Positions 59,200-64,000 of a DNA stretch of 64,000 nt are shown here, one piece after another. This DNA is from Candidatus Moraniibacteriota bacterium (GTDB lineage: Bacteria; Patescibacteriota; Minisyncoccia; Moranbacterales; UBA1568), in the NCBI GenBank assembly GCA_049287005.1, contig JBAQEZ010000003.1:329745-393744 (forward strand), written 5' to 3'. The first letter of the stretch is position 1. Each line of letters begins with the position of its first letter. The notes under the pieces are model-generated. The model did no database searches. It had not been told where the DNA came from and saw only the letters and a list, made by a program, of their open reading frames with translations. A program made the translations under genes and the position numbers.

Positions 59200-61950
59200 A
59201 TGGCTATCACTCGTATTGTTGTCGCGCCGCAGAAGGAGTCGGGGGAGTCTCCGGATGATATCTTTTGCATCATCAATCTGGAAACAGCAATCCCTCTCTC
59301 GAATGTTTCCGTACTACATTCCTTGTTTGCTGACGGTATCACGGCAGATGTCGTGGAAATGATGCCGGCAGGAAACTTCAAGGAAGTCATGTACCACAAC
59401 GGTGTCATCGATCCCAAGCAGCAGGCGATCATTGAGCTCTGCGCCAAGCGGGGCGTCGCCGTTGAAGCGGTCAAGGTGGGCTATCGGTACTACGGCAAGA
59501 GCATGAACGACCTGTATGTGAACAAGGTCGTGCATATCGCTTTCACCGCAGAACCGCAGCTCACAACGCTCAAGCCCAGCGGCGTCCGTCAGGAGATGCA
59601 ATATTTCGATCTCTGCGTGATGGAAGATACAACGCTGACACAGCTGAGCCAGGATCGCGAGTTGCATCTTTCGCTCTCGCAGATGAAGCAGCTGGTACAC
59701 TTCCAGAAACAGCTCGGCCTCCTCGCGGTATCTGATGTCTATCTGGAAACATTCGCTGCCTTCTGGAGCGAGCACTGCTTTCACACGTTGTGGAAGGCAC
59801 TCGGCCTGTTCAAGATGCTCAAGGCGGCGACCGCCCGTATCGGCAATCCCAATTTGCTGTCGGCTTTTGTTGACAACGCCGGCGTGTGGGATTTCTACGA
59901 TGGGCTCGCCCTCCTGTTCAAGCTCGAGACGCACAACTCACCGACGCAGTCCGAGCCCTTCGGTGGGCAGATGACGAAATTGGGCGGGGTCATTCGTGAC
60001 ATTCTCGAGAATGGCCTCGGCGCCAAATCTATCGGCAACCTGGAGCTCACCGTCATCGGCGAGCTTGTGCGCAAGCGCTATTCGGAATTGCAGGGCGCTA
60101 TGTCGGCATCCGTGATGGCTCGGGAGACCGTGCGGGCGATCGCCAGTTATGGCAACCCGATGGGCATTCCGATGCTGTTGGCACGCATGATGAGCCACCC
60201 GGACTTCAGCGGCAAACCATTCGCACTCGGCGGCACCGTCGGTATCACGACTCGGGCCGCCGCGGAAAAGGGCGTGCCTCATGAGGGCGACCTGGTGGTG
60301 CTCGTCGGCGGACGGACAGGCAACGATGGGTTGCACGGAGCGACGATCAGCTCCGGTGGCATTACCGAACATACCGATAGCGGTGACAAAACGCATGTGC
60401 AAATCGGCCTCCCATTCACGGAACAGAAGATGGTGCGGGCCGGAGTTGCACTGCGTGACGCTGGCTGTTGCAGCGCGCGCAATGATTTCGGCGCGGCCGG
60501 CATCGTGTCGTGTTTCGGTGAAATGGGCAAGGGTACAGACGGGGTGGGCGGCATTCTCGTCAATCTCGCCTTGGTGCCGCTGAAGTGTGCCGGCATGGCG
60601 AATTGGCAGATCGCTCTCTCTGAAAGTCAGGAACGCTTCGGTCACGCCGTGAAACCGGAGAAATGGGCAGAGGCACGGGCTATCTACGAGCAGTACGGTC
60701 TGGAAGCGACGGTCATCGGCGTCTTTACCAAGAGCCAGCGTTTTCAGATGTTCTATGACGCTGGCGTCATATCGGTGCCGGGGATGGAGCTGTCGGGCGA
60801 AATTTGCCTGGATGTTCCGTATGCGTTTTTCGACGAATGTCCCTTGCCCGAAGTCGTTGTGCAGGAACCGGTACGAGCGATGAAATCGTTACTCTGCCCG
60901 AAATATCCGAAAATCACGCCTGCCAATGTGAGAGAGATGGGTCTGCATGTCGTCGGGCATTTCGATGTCTGCGATCAATCCTCCGCGATAACGCAGTATG
61001 ACGCATCGGTCCAGGGAATTACCTTCCAAGGGCCGCTCTATGGCAAGGATTACAACGTCGCTACGTCGCTGGCGGTTCTCCGTCCGGTGTTCGGAAAACC
61101 TTTCGGGGCTACGGTGAGTATCAGTTTTTCGCCGTGGCATTTCGAAGCGGATCCGGTCAGTGCTGCTGTCAATACCATGATGGACGTCCTAGTGACCCAA
61201 GTGGTGGCCGGCGTGCAGGTGCAGGACATTGCGCTGTCGGATAATTTCTACACCGATGGTGCTGATCCGGTATCGCTCTGGTATCTGCGTGAACAGGTTA
61301 AGGCGCTGACAGGCCTTTCTCTCATCACCGGAACGCCGTTCATCACGGGGAAGGACAGTTCGTCGGGGCGCGGGACATTCGGTGGTGTTACTGTCAAAGT
61401 GCCGCCGAGCGTCGCCATTACCGCATTGGGCAAAGTGCCCGATGTGCACCGGCTCGTGCCTCATCAATGGCAAGGGGCGGGGAACAAGCTTGTTGTTTTG
61501 GGGCCGCGCGCTGTGCTTCTCGACGGGTCGATCCTCTCTTCGTCACTGGGTATTGCCGGAACGACTTTGGACCGCTTCCCTGTTGCAGAGGCGCGGACCT
61601 ACCTGGAAGAGCTCGACGCATCGGCTCGGCAAGGCGTCTTCGCATCGGCTGTGCCTATCAACCGCGGCGGAGTATTCCTGCGTTTGTTCGAAGGCATCGA
61701 GGCTTCGGGGCTGGGATTCGAGGCGGAGGTGTGTGCTGAACTCTTTCCGGAAAGTATGGGATGTGTTCTGGTGGAAGTTTCACCGGAGGATGCGGAATGG
61801 CTTCTTCAGGAATCCGATTTTGATACGCTCGTGGTGGGAACCATCGTGTCGGATCGGAAGCTATCGGTTCAAGGGGTGGAGTTTGATCTCAATTCGCTCC
61901 GCCAGGTATGGCAGGGCACATTCAAGGAGGCACTCTATGGCAACGAGTAG
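59200..61950 (+). CDS. purL: phosphoribosylformylglycinamidine synthase subunit PurL (with PurS-like N-terminal segment)
   Basis: ETHNSPTQSEPFGG (PurL ETHNHPS motif) and duplicated AIR-synthase-like domains. Start at ATG 59200 with a GAGGAGAG RBS; the listed 59056 start gives a spurious N-extension. Confidence 0.85.
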   Translation: MAITRIVVAPQKESGESPDDIFCIINLETAIPLSNVSVLHSLFADGITADVVEMMPAGNFKEVMYHNGVIDPKQQAIIELCAKRGVAVEAVKVGYRYYGKSMNDLYVNKVVHIAFTAEPQLTTLKPSGVRQEMQYFDLCVMEDTTLTQLSQDRELHLSLSQMKQLVHFQKQLGLLAVSDVYLETFAAFWSEHCFHTLWKALGLFKMLKAATARIGNPNLLSAFVDNAGVWDFYDGLALLFKLETHNSPTQSEPFGGQMTKLGGVIRDILENGLGAKSIGNLELTVIGELVRKRYSELQGAMSASVMARETVRAIASYGNPMGIPMLLARMMSHPDFSGKPFALGGTVGITTRAAAEKGVPHEGDLVVLVGGRTGNDGLHGATISSGGITEHTDSGDKTHVQIGLPFTEQKMVRAGVALRDAGCCSARNDFGAAGIVSCFGEMGKGTDGVGGILVNLALVPLKCAGMANWQIALSESQERFGHAVKPEKWAEARAIYEQYGLEATVIGVFTKSQRFQMFYDAGVISVPGMELSGEICLDVPYAFFDECPLPEVVVQEPVRAMKSLLCPKYPKITPANVREMGLHVVGHFDVCDQSSAITQYDASVQGITFQGPLYGKDYNVATSLAVLRPVFGKPFGATVSISFSPWHFEADPVSAAVNTMMDVLVTQVVAGVQVQDIALSDNFYTDGADPVSLWYLREQVKALTGLSLITGTPFITGKDSSSGRGTFGGVTVKVPPSVAITALGKVPDVHRLVPHQWQGAGNKLVVLGPRAVLLDGSILSSSLGIAGTTLDRFPVAEARTYLEELDASARQGVFASAVPINRGGVFLRLFEGIEASGLGFEAEVCAELFPESMGCVLVEVSPEDAEWLLQESDFDTLVVGTIVSDRKLSVQGVEFDLNSLRQVWQGTFKEALYGNE

Positions 61951-62581
61951 AAGAAGGGTGAGCGTGCTCTATGCGCCCGGAACCAATACCGAGGAAGAAA
62001 CCCTGGAGGCTTTGCGGCTTGCCGGGGGCGATCCTCGCCTGGTTTTTCTGAAAGATCTCCGCACCGGCAAGGAGCGGATTACCGATTGCGATTGTTTCGT
62101 CGTACCGGGCGGCTTCTCCTATGGGGACTATCCGGAAACGGGCGTGGCCGTCGCTGAGTTTCTCGGTGATCAATTCCCTCTGCTCGTGGAACAGAAGATC
62201 CCGACTATCGGCATCTGCAACGGTATGCAGATCCTGATGCGGGCGGGGCATTTCGGGCCGGGGTTGGCGATGACCGAGAATGACTCGGGTGTTTTTGTCA
62301 GTCGGCCTATCCGGCACCGCGTCGAGGAAACGGACTGTCCGTGGACTCGGGGGTTGGCGGGACAAGTGCTGACTTTCCCAGCCGCCCACCGTTACGGCAA
62401 GCTCGTGGGGCCAGAGGTCGGCACAGCGAAGGTCGTCATGACATATGATGGCCTATCGCCGAGCGGGAGCAGGATTGCGGCCATCTACGTCGGTAACAGC
62501 ATCGCGATGATGGACCATCCTGAACGGTTGCCGGACGATGAGCAATGTCTCAAGATTTTCCGCAACGGTCTCGCTGCCTGA
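61937..62581 (+). CDS. purQ: phosphoribosylformylglycinamidine synthase glutaminase subunit PurQ
   Basis: VLYAPGTN...VPGGFSYGD...IGICNGMQIL (GATase class I, Cys nucleophile). ATG at 61937 with an AAGGAGG RBS; overlaps the purL stop by 14 nt. Confidence 0.85.
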   Translation: MATSRRRVSVLYAPGTNTEEETLEALRLAGGDPRLVFLKDLRTGKERITDCDCFVVPGGFSYGDYPETGVAVAEFLGDQFPLLVEQKIPTIGICNGMQILMRAGHFGPGLAMTENDSGVFVSRPIRHRVEETDCPWTRGLAGQVLTFPAAHRYGKLVGPEVGTAKVVMTYDGLSPSGSRIAAIYVGNSIAMMDHPERLPDDEQCLKIFRNGLAA

Positions 62582-62766
62582 AGCGGAGCAAAGAAAGGAG
62601 GAAAAAGGACCCTGCTAGTCAACGACTGGCGGGGCTTCTTCATTTATATATGTATTCTTATGAAACTTGCCTCTTTGGAGCGCTTCTGATAGGGTTTGAA
62701 TCAAGGAGACTCGGTCAGCGTATCGAGTCGTTTTTTAACAGTATTATTCCAAAAAGAGGTGAGAAG

Positions 62767-63936
62767 ATGGAACAAAGTCAATATGCACGGCTCGGCGTTG
62801 ATGCGGGTAAGGGCTCCGTTCGGAAAGTATTCGGCCAGCTCGTCGATAACGATTTTCCCGGGGCGTTCGTCAATATTATCCGCGATCCGGAAAGGCCTGG
62901 CGAGGTGCTCACCGGGCACGTGGATGGGGACGGCAGTAAGTTCGTCCAGCGCGTCCTCATGCTTCGCGAACTCGGCGATCCCGCAGTTTTCCGTGGGGCG
63001 GCGGACGATGCTCTTTCCATGAACACGGGGGATATCGCGGCGGCCGGTTTCGTTTCCGGGCTGATGATCGTCAAGGACGTTATCGATCTGAACCGCTTTC
63101 ATGTTCCGAAAGATGTCGTCATGGAACAGATCGGCGACCGCCTGGCGGAACTTAAAGCCCTCTATCGCCAGCATGGTTTCAAGATGTATTTCTTGGGTGG
63201 CGAGACAGCGGATCTGCCTCATCAGGTGCAGACGGGAGTATTGAATGTCTGCGTCGATGCGCGGGCAGAGGAAAGCGACCTGGTCCTCGGAAACGTACAG
63301 TCAGGTGACCTCATCTGGGGATTTGCCAGCGACGGCCAGGCTGTCTGGGAAGACGAGCCGAATTCCGGTATCATGTCCAATGGTCTGACGTTGGGCAGGA
63401 TGTGTACGATGTCCCGGGATTACACGGCCAAATATCCTGATTTGGTGAGGCAGGACGGAACCTATGAAGGACGCTTTTTCGTGAATGATGATGGAAAGGG
63501 CCGTCTCATTGGCGAAGCGCTGATTTCTCCGACGCGGCAGTGGGCCATCCTCATCAAGGTTCTCCTGGACAAGTTGAAAGAGCGGAAGCTTATTCATTTG
63601 CTTCACGGCATCACGATGAATACCGGCGGTGGCGCGACCAAGGTTCTGCATCTGGGAAAGGGAGGGATCATCTATCAGAAACAGATGCCCGCTCCGCCGA
63701 AAATTTTCGATGTCATTCAGGCTGAATCCGGCGAAGCCTGGCGCAATATGTACGAGGATTTCAACTGCGGCATCGGCATCGATATCGTCGGTGACGACAG
63801 GCTCGAGCCTCTCTTGTCTGAGGTGCGCGAGGAAACGGGTGTGCATCTCTATGTCCTTGGGGAATGCGAGCCCTGGGCCGGAGAGGGGAACAAGGTGGCG
63901 TTGCAAACCCCCTTTGGGTATTTCGACGCCTACTGA
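62767..63936 (+). CDS. purM: phosphoribosylformylglycinamidine cyclo-ligase-like (PurM/AIR synthase family)
   Basis: GVDAG, HVDGDGSK, GGETADLP and TGGG...FNCGIGI match PurM blocks. Start at ATG 62767 with an AGAGGTGAG RBS. A terminator hairpin at 62707-62736 separates it from purQ. Confidence 0.75.
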   Translation: MEQSQYARLGVDAGKGSVRKVFGQLVDNDFPGAFVNIIRDPERPGEVLTGHVDGDGSKFVQRVLMLRELGDPAVFRGAADDALSMNTGDIAAAGFVSGLMIVKDVIDLNRFHVPKDVVMEQIGDRLAELKALYRQHGFKMYFLGGETADLPHQVQTGVLNVCVDARAEESDLVLGNVQSGDLIWGFASDGQAVWEDEPNSGIMSNGLTLGRMCTMSRDYTAKYPDLVRQDGTYEGRFFVNDDGKGRLIGEALISPTRQWAILIKVLLDKLKERKLIHLLHGITMNTGGGATKVLHLGKGGIIYQKQMPAPPKIFDVIQAESGEAWRNMYEDFNCGIGIDIVGDDRLEPLLSEVREETGVHLYVLGECEPWAGEGNKVALQTPFGYFDAY

Positions 63937-64000
63937 TTTCCCCGGGCCGAGACATTCGAGCATCTGAAATCTGAAACAGCACTGGCATCAAGCGGGCCCA

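Noticed and set aside
61382-61936. Long ORF 61382-62581 (399 aa)
   Set aside because: The first 185 codons are an alternative frame inside the purL 3' end. The true purQ starts at ATG 61937 with an AAGGAGG RBS.

Overview
This 64-kb window comes from a bacterial chromosome of about 55% GC. Most features are core housekeeping genes. Translation genes include prfA-prmC, rpmE, rpsB-tsf, rpmG and an infA-rpmJ-rpsM-rpsK-rpsD-rpoA-rplQ-rplM-rpsI operon. Purine biosynthesis genes are dispersed (purD, purB, guaA, purN, purL-purQ-purM). Isoprenoid and cell-wall genes include a polyprenyl synthase, uppS, an MraY/WecA-like transferase and an ArnT-like glycosyltransferase. There is one 16S rRNA gene with no 23S gene downstream, and five tRNA genes (Thr-TGT, Tyr-GTA, Thr-GGT, Trp-CCA, Glu-CTC) in a tRNA/r-protein island that also carries repeats and low-GC genes. 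Three accessory blocks stand out. (1) A plus-strand operon at 822-9783 encodes two large charged or membrane hypothetical proteins, two small proteins and a membrane-anchored VirD4/TraG-family coupling ATPase, followed by a membrane protein and an 844-aa TM-plus-beta-propeller protein on the opposite strand. (2) A minus-strand operon at 48082-50763 encodes a CsgG-family lipoprotein, two small secreted proteins and a 275-aa secreted Gly/Asn/Thr-rich repeat protein; this is a candidate curli-like secretion module. (3) A pair of OMP-decarboxylase-fold paralogs plus an atypical PRTase-like protein sits next to purD. Additional observations include two paralogous ~110-130-nt structured-RNA-like elements flanking tRNAs with compensatory hairpin substitutions, a 40-aa lysine-rich basic protein in a ~0.7-kb AT-rich island, a recurrent AAGCTAAAAAGCTA motif upstream of SD-less genes, an rpoA that appears to lack the alpha-CTD, and 16S deviations at universal primer sites. 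All calls come from reading the sequence and the ORF translations; no database searches were run.
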